64,000 nt of DNA from Candidatus Falkowbacteria bacterium (GTDB lineage: Bacteria; Patescibacteriota; Patescibacteriia; Patescibacteriales; UBA12465): contig JBAXPN010000001.1 in assembly GCA_037132255.1 (NCBI GenBank), forward strand, positions 191,395 to 255,394, given 5' to 3'. A program made the position numbers and the translations under genes. The notes under the pieces were generated by a model that saw nothing but the letters and a program-made list of their open reading frames with translations, ran no database searches and was not told where the DNA came from. Positions 50,116 to 59,380 of the stretch are shown one piece after another (position 1 is the first letter of the stretch; each line of letters starts with the position of its first letter).

Positions 50116-50751
50116 ATGAAAGAAAACCGCGAAAATTTTTGCACTTTATATATTGTGAGACACGGTGAAACCGAATGGAACGCCGCCAAAATAACACAGG
50201 GGCAAACCGATTCGCCACTAACTAATAATGGCATTAGCCAAGTATTAACGACCGCCAAAGAACTTAAAAATATAAAATTTAATGCAATATATTCTTCAGA
50301 TTTAGGCCGAACAAAACAAAGTGCCGAAATTCTTAAAATGGAAAGGGAATTAGCCATAGAAACTTCTAAGGCACTCCGAGAAAGAAATTATGGCAGCTTC
50401 GAAAGTCGACCTTCGACTGACTTTAAAGACGCCTTTCGCGATATAAGGGAAAATATAATGCAATTATCTGAAGAGGAGAGAGTAAATTTTAAATTCGCTG
50501 ACGATATTGAAAGTGATGCCGAAATTATTGCCCGATTTATCACTAAACTTCGAGAAATATCAGTCGCTAATCCCGCACAAAAAATTCTCGTAAGCACCCA
50601 TGGCGGCCCAATACGTCTCTTATTAATCCATACTGGATATTATAAACGCGGTGAATTGCCACCGGGCTCGATTGCCAACGCTGCTTATGTTAAACTTCTT
50701 TGTGATGGTATAGATTTTTTCATCGAAGAAGTAAAAGGTATTAAAAAATAA
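50116..50751 (+). CDS. Histidine phosphatase family protein
   Basis: VRHGET, SSDLGR, LRERNYG and THGG motifs. Confidence 0.9.
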   Translation: MKENRENFCTLYIVRHGETEWNAAKITQGQTDSPLTNNGISQVLTTAKELKNIKFNAIYSSDLGRTKQSAEILKMERELAIETSKALRERNYGSFESRPSTDFKDAFRDIRENIMQLSEEERVNFKFADDIESDAEIIARFITKLREISVANPAQKILVSTHGGPIRLLLIHTGYYKRGELPPGSIANAAYVKLLCDGIDFFIEEVKGIKK

Positions 50752-50763
50752 TAAATAAACCAT

Positions 50764-51168
50764 ATGACTAAAAAAATGAAAATAATTTCGATTTTACTCG
50801 CTTCGGCAATTATTGTTGTAGCCGTGCTTGTATATTCCAATTCAAAATCAAAAACTAATTTAAATATTCAAAACACCAACAGCAATTCTTCCGTTTCCTT
50901 CGCCCAGTGTCTAAAGAACCAGGGAGCCTTGTTCTATGGCGCTTTTTGGTGCTCACATTGTCAAAATCAAAAAGCAATGTTCGGCTCAGATGCGAAAGAT
51001 TTACCATTTGTTGAATGCTCAACTCCTGACGGTCAGGGTCAATTAGCAATTTGCCAACAAAATAACATTCCTGGCTATCCAACCTGGGTTTTTAAAGACG
51101 GCTCTCGCCTATCAGGCGAATTAACGCTAACACAGCTCGCTGAAAAAACTGGATGCACCCAAAAGTAA
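50764..51168 (+). CDS. Extracytoplasmic thioredoxin-like protein
   Basis: Signal/TM segment. YGAFWCSHC..QK, VEC and GYPTW resemble the Trx domain of VKOR fusions. Confidence 0.85.
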   Translation: MTKKMKIISILLASAIIVVAVLVYSNSKSKTNLNIQNTNSNSSVSFAQCLKNQGALFYGAFWCSHCQNQKAMFGSDAKDLPFVECSTPDGQGQLAICQQNNIPGYPTWVFKDGSRLSGELTLTQLAEKTGCTQK

Positions 51169-51186
51169 ATTAAAAGAAAAATTGAT

Positions 51187-51729
51187 ATGATTGAAAATTT
51201 TAATCAAGTTATCGGAGCCCTAACAATATTTGCTCAAATAGCAAGCATCAGCGGCCTCGTCTATTTATTCTTACCAAATATAAAGCATAATATCCGTCTC
51301 GATAATTTTATTAGAAACTGGGGAGTTCCGCTCACATTTATAATCGCTTTAACAGCTACACTGGGAAGTCTTTTTTATTCTGAGATTGCCGGTTATCCAC
51401 CCTGCGAATTATGTTGGTATCAAAGAATATTCATGTACCCTCAGGTTCTCCTACTCGGACTTGCCTCTTGGCGGAAAGAAAATAATATAATCCGCTACAG
51501 TCTAATTCTAACTGTCATCGGTTTTATTATTGCCGCATACCATAGCTATATTGCCTATGCTGGATCAAGCTCAGCTGCTTGCTCAGCCGTCGCCTTTACG
51601 GGAATATCCTGCCTGCGCCGATATGTTTTAACTTTTAACTATATAACCATCCCCATAATGGCCGCCAGTGCTTTCGCGCTTATGATTGTTATCCTATTAA
51701 ATGTGAATAAAATTCGCAAAAGAAACTAA
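51187..51729 (+). CDS. dsbB: Disulfide bond formation protein B (DsbB/BdbC)
   Basis: GSLFYSE, PCELCWYQRIFMYP, a second Cys pair and ITIP. Confidence 0.88.
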   Translation: MIENFNQVIGALTIFAQIASISGLVYLFLPNIKHNIRLDNFIRNWGVPLTFIIALTATLGSLFYSEIAGYPPCELCWYQRIFMYPQVLLLGLASWRKENNIIRYSLILTVIGFIIAAYHSYIAYAGSSSAACSAVAFTGISCLRRYVLTFNYITIPIMAASAFALMIVILLNVNKIRKRN

Positions 51730-51817
51730 TAGCGGTCGCAATTTAGCTAAAAATAAACAAATATATAAAAAACACTCTCTCCGGAAAGTGGTTTTTTTAT
51801 TATAGCTCTCACATCTA

Positions 51818-51846
51818 TTGACAAATATCAAATTAGGTGATATTAT
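51818..51846 (+). promoter_or_regulatory. Near-consensus sigma70 promoter
   Basis: TTGACA-17 nt-TATTAT with extended TG. Confidence 0.7.
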
Positions 51847-51867
51847 AGAATGTTAAACAAAAAATAT

Positions 51868-51921
51868 ATGGGATTCTTAGACGCATTAATCGGCCAAATT
51901 CTTGGCGGAGCGAAAAAATAA
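51868..51921 (+). CDS. Putative 17-aa amphipathic peptide
   Basis: MGFLDALIGQILGGAKK directly behind a near-consensus promoter, in the local start context (AAATAT-ATG). Confidence 0.45.
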   Translation: MGFLDALIGQILGGAKK

Positions 51922-52018
51922 TTTAATAATTTGTTGATTAAAAACGCCAAAAAGCGCCATGATTTTTTTGTGTCTTAAAAAGCGACCCCCGATGTCGTTT
52001 TATGTTATAATTTTATAT

Positions 52019-52315
52019 ATGGCAATTGAAGTAATTATAAAATATTTAACTTATCTAATTATTGCAATTAATCTGCTTTCATTTTTTATTGTTTTTTTGG
52101 ATAAGAAAAAAGCAGAAAATGAAACAGAGAGAATTAGCGAAAAGACCTTATTTGCCTTGGCTATTCTTTTTGGTGGTATCGGAATATATTTTGCTATGTT
52201 TAGCTTTCATCATAAAACAAAAAAATGGTATTTCGTTTTAGGAATACCATTTATAATCGCCGCTAATATTTATCTACTGAATATTGCTTTAAACTTTTTA
52301 AATAGACAAGTCTAA
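52019..52315 (+). CDS. DUF1294 family membrane protein
   Basis: DKKKA....RISEKTL, GG.G and HHKTKKWYF motifs. Confidence 0.85.
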   Translation: MAIEVIIKYLTYLIIAINLLSFFIVFLDKKKAENETERISEKTLFALAILFGGIGIYFAMFSFHHKTKKWYFVLGIPFIIAANIYLLNIALNFLNRQV

Positions 52316-54040
52316 CCATTCCTCCTCAAGGGATTTAATTTCTGCCTCAATATTATCTAATTCGGCTTTTTTGTTTGAATCGTAATTTACAATATTATCC
52401 AAAAAATATTGATGAATTGCTGAGCGCTCCTCAGATAGTTTTGTTAATTTACTTTCTAAACTTTTTATTCTTTTCTTATTTTCTTTTTTTAAATCATAAG
52501 ACGAGTTAGCTTTAGCGGACACCGAAACATTTACATCCTCATTACTTGCGACCAGTCGCTTTTCTAATTGAGAAACATAATCTTCGTAGTCATGATAATG
52601 GCGCTTAACTCGACCTTCAGTAATTTCAATTATTTCGCTTGCCAGCATATTCGCAAAGGTTCGGTCATGGCTTGTAAATATTATGGTGCCATTGAACTCA
52701 ACTAAGGCCGCCCCTAGAGCCTCTATAGTCTCAAAATCAAGATGATTAGTCGGTTCATCGAGAATTAGGACGTCTGGCTTGCCAAGCAACAGGCCGGCCA
52801 ATATTAGGCGTGATTTCTCGCCGCCGCTTAAAACACCGACGGTCTTTTTTAAGTCATCACCGGAAAACAGAAAATCACCCGCCATTTGCAAAACTTTTTC
52901 GGTTTTTAAATTAACATCAGCCAAACGACGTAAATAATCACCGAGTTGTTCGTCCGGATTTAAGTCGTGAGCGGATAGTTGAGCATAGTAAGCAATTTTT
53001 AAATCGGCGAACCAGGAATATTTACCGGTAATCGGCGTTAATTCTCCTGCTAATGTTTTTAAAAAAGTACTTTTGCCCTGACCGTTATCCCCAACAACAA
53101 TTATTTTTTCTCCGCTTTTGACATCAAAATCAAAACCCGAGGCTAATACTTTGCTATCATAACCAATAGCCATATCTCGAATCGCTAAAACGCGATTTTT
53201 CTTTTTTTCAATCGGCGGAATATTTATTCGGACATTACTTGAATTATGTTCGATACTGATTTTATGCGTTTGTAGTTTATCAATTTTCTTGATGAAAGCC
53301 TGAGCCTGAGCCGCCTTCGAAGACTTATAGCGAAAACGGTCGACGAAATCTTGCATATGTTTCTGCTCGCGAACTAATTTCTCGTTTATTTTATGTTCAC
53401 TCGCCGCACGTTGTTCCTTGTAAGCCAAGTAGGCTTCAAGGGGCTGTGGAAAAGCTAAACAACGATGCGGAGTGATTTCCATTGTTTCTAAGCAGGTATT
53501 TTTCAAAAACTCCCGATCATGAGAAATTATCAGAAAACCGCCTTTATATGTTTTTAAAAATTCTTCGAGCAATAATATAGTTCCTAAGTCTAAATAATTA
53601 GTTGGTTCGTCAAGTAGAAATAGATTAGGTTCAAGAAGTAACATGGCACTTAACTTTAAACGCATTTGCCACCCGCCCGAAAGCTCAGTAATCGAACACT
53701 CTAATTGCTCGGCCGTAAATCTAAAACGACTTGCTACCTTTCGGCATTGCCATTCTTCTCTTGCGCTCATCCTCATAAGATAAGTTAAACCATTTTCGCT
53801 CACTAGAAAATTATTCTCTTGCTCAATATAGCCGATCTTTGCCTCACGACTAATAATGACGTTACCGCCATCAGCCTCTTCGCTGCCAAGGATAATTCTA
53901 AACATTGTTGATTTACCGGCGCCATTTCGTCCGATAATACCAATCTTCTGCTTTGGAAAAACACTAAAAGAGAGGCCAGAGAAAATTGTCTGACCACTAT
54001 ATTTCTTGCTCAAATTATTAACTTGAAGAAAGGGAACCAT
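52298..54040 (-). CDS. ABC-F family ATPase
   Basis: Two ABC domains (GRNGAGKST, LSGGW, LLDEPTN; GDNGQGKST, LSGGE, ILDEPTN), no TM, C-terminal coiled coil ending EEEW. Confidence 0.93.
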   Translation of the reverse strand: MVPFLQVNNLSKKYSGQTIFSGLSFSVFPKQKIGIIGRNGAGKSTMFRIILGSEEADGGNVIISREAKIGYIEQENNFLVSENGLTYLMRMSAREEWQCRKVASRFRFTAEQLECSITELSGGWQMRLKLSAMLLLEPNLFLLDEPTNYLDLGTILLLEEFLKTYKGGFLIISHDREFLKNTCLETMEITPHRCLAFPQPLEAYLAYKEQRAASEHKINEKLVREQKHMQDFVDRFRYKSSKAAQAQAFIKKIDKLQTHKISIEHNSSNVRINIPPIEKKKNRVLAIRDMAIGYDSKVLASGFDFDVKSGEKIIVVGDNGQGKSTFLKTLAGELTPITGKYSWFADLKIAYYAQLSAHDLNPDEQLGDYLRRLADVNLKTEKVLQMAGDFLFSGDDLKKTVGVLSGGEKSRLILAGLLLGKPDVLILDEPTNHLDFETIEALGAALVEFNGTIIFTSHDRTFANMLASEIIEITEGRVKRHYHDYEDYVSQLEKRLVASNEDVNVSVSAKANSSYDLKKENKKRIKSLESKLTKLSEERSAIHQYFLDNIVNYDSNKKAELDNIEAEIKSLEEEWLDLSI

Positions 54041-54157
54041 AAAATATGTATTTAATACTAATATAATAGATATATTCTGGTAATTGAGCAAATCTTGCCA
54101 TAATTATGAAAATACCCTATGCTGTAAAAGTGAATAAGCTTATAAGATAAATTCCAT

Positions 54158-54280
54158 ATGGCTAAAAGAGACACCGGGGTCGGGAAAATGAAAAAATCCC
54201 ACTCCCATAAAACAGCAAAACGGTTAGAAATCAAGCGTTTAATGCTTGCCGCCCTTGCCGCAAAAAGAAGTCATCGATAG
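54158..54280 (+). CDS. Small highly basic protein (40 aa), not in ORF track
   Basis: MAKRDTGVGKMKKSHSHKTAKRLEIKRLMLAALAAKRSHR. Promoter-like TTGCCA-17-TATGCT upstream and a terminator at 54305-54329. Confidence 0.65.
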   Translation: MAKRDTGVGKMKKSHSHKTAKRLEIKRLMLAALAAKRSHR

Positions 54281-54435
54281 ATAATTGAGGACATATTTTT
54301 GATTAACCTGCTATTTAGTGGGTTTTTTTGTTGGTTATTACTCTTATAGCTTAAATATTAGTAATAAATTTTAGATAGTGCTATATTTTTAATGGCATTG
54401 TACTTTATTTAACTTATCTAAAAAGGGAGGTGAAC

Positions 54436-54633
54436 ATGGATTCGCAAATTAGAGAAGAAGACAAATTCAAAAAAGCATTACAAAAGACAAATTCAAAAAA
54501 GCTAAAAAGGCAAAAATATGAGGAGCTTTTAGCCGAATCAGAAAAAGAACCTGGATTCTTCCGCAAAATTTTCTCGAGATTAACTATAGTCCCGGGCTTT
54601 GCCCTAAATAGTCCAGTTCCGACCGAAGAATAA
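54436..54633 (+). CDS. Small hypothetical protein
   Basis: Preceded by a GGGAGG SD (rare here), followed by the AACCGCTC/GGGCGGTT terminator. Confidence 0.55.
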   Translation: MDSQIREEDKFKKALQKTNSKKLKRQKYEELLAESEKEPGFFRKIFSRLTIVPGFALNSPVPTEE

Positions 54634-54679
54634 ATCAAAAACATCATTAACCGCTCAAAAAAGGGCGGTTTTTTATAAC

Positions 54680-54729
54680 TTGACTTATTTCGATAAATGT
54701 AGTATATTTTAATATCGAACTTTAAAAAT
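54680..54729 (+). promoter_or_regulatory. sigma70 promoter followed by a boxA-like element
   Basis: TTGACT-17-TATATT, then GAACTTTAAAAAT at 54717. Confidence 0.6.
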
Positions 54730-54768
54730 AAATTTCTAACCAAATATCTAACCAAAAAACGACGAACG

Positions 54769-55494
54769 ATGAAAACATCAGATTTAGTTAACAGAAGCGC
54801 CAAATATTCATGGTATTATCTCCTCCTAGCAGTATTAATTTTTTTCGTTGCAACGAAAGTAAAATTAATATACGGCGTGAACGTTTCCGATTACCAGATA
54901 AATGATACTAGGCTTTGGCTCTATTTAGCCGCCTCATTTTATCTCGTAAACTGGATATGTGGCGCGTTTTACTTTCCGATTAAGTACCGCAAGGTGCTCA
55001 ATCGTTATTGGCTTAAAGATGCTGAACATCTCGATCTATCATTTATGCGCGGCTATATTGCTGCAATTATTACTTTTATCTATTTTATCATTCCTTGCAG
55101 CAACATCGGGTTCTGGGCCGTTCCACTTTCTATTATTTGGTTGTGTCTGCACATTCTTTTAGCCCAAACAGTGCGCACCGACAAACTATTCAAAAGGACT
55201 TCGGTAATGATAAATGAGCTAATTCTCATGCCCTTTATTACTCGACCTGCGGAAATAAAAGGCGTCTTCACTAATGTTGAATACATTCTTCCTCTTCAGG
55301 AAAATAAGGAAGAATGGATAAGGAAAACTGTCGTCGCCTACGCTTCGCATCGCCGCGCTGGCTATTTTGACTTCCTAAAAAGTCCAGAATACCCAGAAAT
55401 CATACGTCAAAATGAAGCTGAACGTCTAAAAAGACATCTTGGGGAGCAAGAAGCTTCTGATTTGTCCGCAAACATCTACAATTACTGCAACTAA
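54769..55494 (+). CDS. Hypothetical membrane protein (4 TM + soluble C-terminus)
   Basis: Four hydrophobic segments, own promoter and terminator. Confidence 0.6.
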   Translation: MKTSDLVNRSAKYSWYYLLLAVLIFFVATKVKLIYGVNVSDYQINDTRLWLYLAASFYLVNWICGAFYFPIKYRKVLNRYWLKDAEHLDLSFMRGYIAAIITFIYFIIPCSNIGFWAVPLSIIWLCLHILLAQTVRTDKLFKRTSVMINELILMPFITRPAEIKGVFTNVEYILPLQENKEEWIRKTVVAYASHRRAGYFDFLKSPEYPEIIRQNEAERLKRHLGEQEASDLSANIYNYCN

Positions 55495-55603
55495 GTAAAA
55501 AGCTCTTCGAGTTAATTTTAAACCCCCGATCAAACTGGGGTTTTTTATTCTAGAAAAATAAGTCAATTTGTGCTAGAATGCGATTATAATTAATAATAAC
55601 TAT

Positions 55604-56374
55604 ATGAACACATTTTCAATCATTATCGGACTCGTTATTTTTATCTTAGCGATCTCGCTCAAAGTCGTTAAACAGTACGAACGCGCCGTTATTTTTTTCC
55701 TCGGAAAATATACCGGCATGCGCGGACCAGGTTTGATTTTTCTTGTTCCGGTGTTCGAAAAAATGTCACGCGTCGTCCTGCGAACTGTTACGATGGATAT
55801 TCCATCGCAAAAGATTATCACGCGGGATAATGTATCAATCGATATTGCCGCGGTCGCTTATTATCATATCGTTGATGCCTCTAAGGCGGTAATTGCGATT
55901 GAAAACATTTATCAAGCAGTTAATCAAATCAGCCAAACAACGGTCCGCAATGTCGTCGGGCAATTTAGCCTTGATCAACTCTTGTCGCAAACAGCACAAA
56001 TTAATGAACAAATAAAAAATGTTATCGATACCCATACCGAACCCTGGGGAGCGCAAGTAACAGCTGTTGAAATTAAAGATATATTTCTTCCGGAAAATAT
56101 GCAGAGAGCGATGGCTAAAGAAGCGGAAGCGGAGCGCGAACGTCGCGCCAAGATTGTTGCCGCTGAAGGAGAATTCCAGGCTGCCGAAAAACTTGGTCAG
56201 GCCGCTGATTTAATTTCGGCCCATCCAGTTGCATTGCAATTAAGAACTCTGCAAACTATGGCGGAAATTAGTGTAGAAAAAAATTCTACAATCATTTTTC
56301 CCGCACAATTTATGACAACCGTTGAAGAAGCCATTAAAACAATAAGACGTGAAGAAAATATTATTAAACAATAA
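55604..56374 (+). CDS. SPFH/stomatin (slipin) family protein
   Basis: QYERAV, GPGL, ITRDNV, QTTVRNVVG and MAKEAEAERERRAK motifs. Confidence 0.93.
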   Translation: MNTFSIIIGLVIFILAISLKVVKQYERAVIFFLGKYTGMRGPGLIFLVPVFEKMSRVVLRTVTMDIPSQKIITRDNVSIDIAAVAYYHIVDASKAVIAIENIYQAVNQISQTTVRNVVGQFSLDQLLSQTAQINEQIKNVIDTHTEPWGAQVTAVEIKDIFLPENMQRAMAKEAEAERERRAKIVAAEGEFQAAEKLGQAADLISAHPVALQLRTLQTMAEISVEKNSTIIFPAQFMTTVEEAIKTIRREENIIKQ

Positions 56375-56387
56375 TAACTATAATCGT

Positions 56388-57302
56388 ATGTTAAAAAAGA
56401 ATATCTTCAAGATAATCGCGGTTATAGCTATCGCCGTTTTAGCTTACTTTGTTTTACAAACTAAGCCAGCAATTAATGAAGCAGTCGTTGTTCCTGGTAT
56501 TAACAATGATAATCTTTTTAACGTAAAAACCTGCGAATACTTGATTGACAAAAATATATCATCTAATTCTCAGTATTTCGGAAATGACGTTAAAGCTGAT
56601 TTTAATAAGGATGGTTTAGAAGATGACGCCTTAATTATTATCCAGAATTCAGAGGGAAGCGGTGTGTTTTATTATATTGTTGCCGCGCTCCGTAGCGAAA
56701 CAGGATGTATTGGCACAAACGCGATTTTGCTAGGAGACCGAATCGCTCCGCAAAATACTGAATATGTAAACGGCGAGATTGTCGTTAATTATGCCGATCG
56801 TCGAGTAAGCGAGGCGATGACCGTCACACCTTCTATTGGTGTATCGCGCTACTTTAAAGTTGAGAACGGAAAATTAATTGAAATTATAAAGGAAGCAGCT
56901 AAAACTCCAAATAATTATAAAAACAGCGAATACGGATTTGAATTAAACTTGCCCGATTCTTGGCTCGGATATTCAATTGTCACTGAAAACTGGAACGGTC
57001 AATTACTTATTGAACCGAACACAAAGTATCAAGGTCCAAAAATATTAATTCGTAATCCGAAGTGGTCAGCGAAAGCACATTGGCAAGATATTCCAGTATT
57101 AGTTTTCACACCAGCGGAATGGAAATTAATCCAGGAAGAGAACTTGGGTATTAGTGCCGCTCCAATTGGTCCAAGCAAGCTCGGAGAAAATTCTGCATAT
57201 ATTTTTGCTCTACCACCACGTTGGCTTGGCTTTACTGATGATTTAGGCCAAGATGAAGCAGCTGAAATTGTAAAAACATTTAAAGCATACGGGATTAAAT
57301 AA
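56388..57302 (+). CDS. Membrane-anchored extracellular hypothetical protein (two domains)
   Basis: N-terminal TM. DFNKDG..D, GSGVFYY and LGDRIAPQ, then a PsbP-like YKNSEYGF...LPDSW. Confidence 0.7.
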   Translation: MLKKNIFKIIAVIAIAVLAYFVLQTKPAINEAVVVPGINNDNLFNVKTCEYLIDKNISSNSQYFGNDVKADFNKDGLEDDALIIIQNSEGSGVFYYIVAALRSETGCIGTNAILLGDRIAPQNTEYVNGEIVVNYADRRVSEAMTVTPSIGVSRYFKVENGKLIEIIKEAAKTPNNYKNSEYGFELNLPDSWLGYSIVTENWNGQLLIEPNTKYQGPKILIRNPKWSAKAHWQDIPVLVFTPAEWKLIQEENLGISAAPIGPSKLGENSAYIFALPPRWLGFTDDLGQDEAAEIVKTFKAYGIK

Positions 57303-57370
57303 GCAGAGACACTTGTTTTATTCTAACTTTGAGACTAAACTATTTATACGTTAATCAATTAATTAATATT

Positions 57371-58045
57371 ATGAAAAATTTTAATCGTGATGGGGGAGGA
57401 GATCGTAAATTTGGCGGCGACCGAAAATTCGGTGGTGACTTTAAAAAACGTGGATTTGGTGGAGGAGGCGGAGGCTTCGGCGGAGACAGACGTGACCGTG
57501 GCGACAGACCAGAGATGTTTAAGGCTGTCTGCGCTGATTGTGGCGCTGCTTGCGAAGTTCCATTTAAACCAAGTGGCAATCGACCCGTTTTATGCAGTAA
57601 TTGCTTCAAGGGAAGTGATCGGCCAGAAGGACGTCGTGAAGAAAGAAGATTCAGCGATAAGCCAATGTTTACGGCTACCTGCAGTTCTTGCGGCAATAAC
57701 TGCGAAGTTCCATTTAAGCCAACTAGCGGCAAACCTGTTTTCTGCAGTAATTGCTTCAAGCAAGGCGATGCTCCAAGCGCAGCTCCAAGACATGAGCACC
57801 ATCAAGCTGACAACAGCAAATTAGAAGAAAGACTAGAGGCAATTAACTCTAAATTGGAGAAAATATTAAAGTTTTTGAACCCATCTATTGTTTCTGAGCC
57901 TGTTAAAATCGTTAAAGAAGAAAAGGCAATTGTTAAAGAACTTAAACCGGTAGTAAAACTTAAGGCTTCCAAGCCAGAAAAGAAAGAAAAAGTCGAAACA
58001 AAAAAAGCGATCAAAAAACCAGTAAAAAAATCTGCAAAGAAATAG
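57371..58045 (+). CDS. CxxC-x17-CxxC domain protein (two copies) with Gly/Arg-rich N-terminus and Lys-rich tail
   Basis: MF.A.C..CG..CEVPFKP....PV.CSNCFK occurs twice. GGDRKF repeats. Confidence 0.88.
   Translation: MKNFNRDGGGDRKFGGDRKFGGDFKKRGFGGGGGGFGGDRRDRGDRPEMFKAVCADCGAACEVPFKPSGNRPVLCSNCFKGSDRPEGRREERRFSDKPMFTATCSSCGNNCEVPFKPTSGKPVFCSNCFKQGDAPSAAPRHEHHQADNSKLEERLEAINSKLEKILKFLNPSIVSEPVKIVKEEKAIVKELKPVVKLKASKPEKKEKVETKKAIKKPVKKSAKK
57551..57760 (+). repeat. Intragenic direct repeat (57551-57610 / 57701-57760)
   Basis: TGCGAAGTTCCATTTAA...TGCAGTAATTGCTTCAAG occurs twice at 150-nt spacing. Confidence 0.8.
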
Positions 58046-58168
58046 GGGTTTACTTATTAGTAAATACGTGCTATTATAAAAGGGCATAATTTTATTGGTT
58101 AGAAAAGTCGTCGAGTTTCAAAAATATATCAAAAAAAATTGCAACTTTATTTACTAAGTCTAAAATAA

Positions 58169-58366
58169 ATGACTGGTGTTATCAAAAGTTTAACTGACAA
58201 AGGATTTGGCTTCATCACTGTTGAAGGCCAAGAGAAAGATTTATTCTTTCACAGCAATGCTTTAGTTGGAGTTTCATACAATGAACTTCACGAAGGTCAA
58301 ACTGTTTCTTTTGAGCAGGAACAATCAGCTAAAGGAATGAACGCGGTAAACGTTAAGCTTGCCTAA
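58169..58366 (+). CDS. csp: Cold shock protein
   Basis: KGFGFI (RNP1), LFFH (RNP2), 65 aa. Confidence 0.95.
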   Translation: MTGVIKSLTDKGFGFITVEGQEKDLFFHSNALVGVSYNELHEGQTVSFEQEQSAKGMNAVNVKLA

Positions 58367-58379
58367 TCAATCTTTTACC

Positions 58380-58412
58380 AAAAAACCCTCTGGTTCAGCC
58401 AGAGGGTTTTTT
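58380..58412 (+). terminator. Intrinsic terminator
   Basis: AAAAAACCCTCTGG-TTCAG-CCAGAGGGTTTTTT. Confidence 0.9.
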
Positions 58413-58468
58413 GTTTTCCGAACAAAAATTTTGTGATATAATAATGCTTATTAAATAAATACAAAATT

Positions 58469-59272
58469 ATGAAAAAATTTCTACTAGCGATGATGATTTT
58501 TTCAATTATTTTTGCAGTAAGCGGCGTTGTGCTTGCTCAAGAATTAGAAAAAATTCCTTCTCCTGATCAAATTAAGAATTTTAAAATGATCAAGAAAGAT
58601 GGCGGTGCTTTATTCGGAGTACGAATAAACACAAGTTCAAACCCACTAATACCAAGACAAGAGAGGGCCACTGGCACGCTTGAAAGACAAGAACGCGCTT
58701 CAAGCGAAGTAATACGAGCAACAGGCACATCCCCAATTCTTGAAAAAATATTACATCCAGGTGAAATAAAATTATTTGAAAAAATAAAACAAATCGGAAC
58801 TGCTCTGTGGGGGATTAGAAAGGGTGATGTAAAAAATCCTAATGAGAGCCCAAAGCCAATGGAAGCGAGACCAATATTAGTTAAGCCCGTCGCTGTTCAA
58901 TGCGTTAAAAGCGCAATTGATAAAAAGGATACTTCTTTAACCAGCTCTATGGCTAGCAGTAGCGAGGCGCTGATTTCAACCATTAACAATCGAAATGCCT
59001 GTCAAAAATCAGCTCTAGATAAAACTACTGAGCAAGAACAATTCGAAGCTAATAAGATCTGTGTTAATTCTTTTCAGACAAGCAGCAAAAACACCAACGA
59101 ATCCTTAAAAAAATCCCGGAATGATGCTTGGAAAATTTACCGAGACGATCTTAAAGAGTGCTCAGTATTGCAAAGAGAAAGTAACGCTACTAGCACAATA
59201 TCCGGCGCTACTAGTGCTAATAATGAAATCATGATTAATGATGGCGAAGAAAATAACGAAATTGTTAAATAG
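58469..59272 (+). CDS. Secreted hypothetical protein with internal repeat and Cys-linked helical domain
   Basis: Signal peptide. LEKI..P..IK.F..IK..G.AL.G.R occurs twice. Four Cys in the C-terminal helices. Confidence 0.7.
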   Translation: MKKFLLAMMIFSIIFAVSGVVLAQELEKIPSPDQIKNFKMIKKDGGALFGVRINTSSNPLIPRQERATGTLERQERASSEVIRATGTSPILEKILHPGEIKLFEKIKQIGTALWGIRKGDVKNPNESPKPMEARPILVKPVAVQCVKSAIDKKDTSLTSSMASSSEALISTINNRNACQKSALDKTTEQEQFEANKICVNSFQTSSKNTNESLKKSRNDAWKIYRDDLKECSVLQRESNATSTISGATSANNEIMINDGEENNEIVK

Positions 59273-59380
59273 ATATTTATCTAAATAGTAAAACAAAAGA
59301 GAGGACAAAACCTCTTTTTTGTTTGTTCACGAATATCGGCCATGATATACTTAAAATGAAGTTAACGCCAAAATAATCTT

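Noticed and set aside
57551-57760. Repeat pair as DGR template/variable region
   Set aside because: Both copies are in-frame domains of one gene, the differences are not adenine-specific, and no RT is nearby.
57355-58087. Multiple alternative-frame ORFs over the CxxC gene
   Set aside because: Products of low-complexity, repeat-rich coding sequence.
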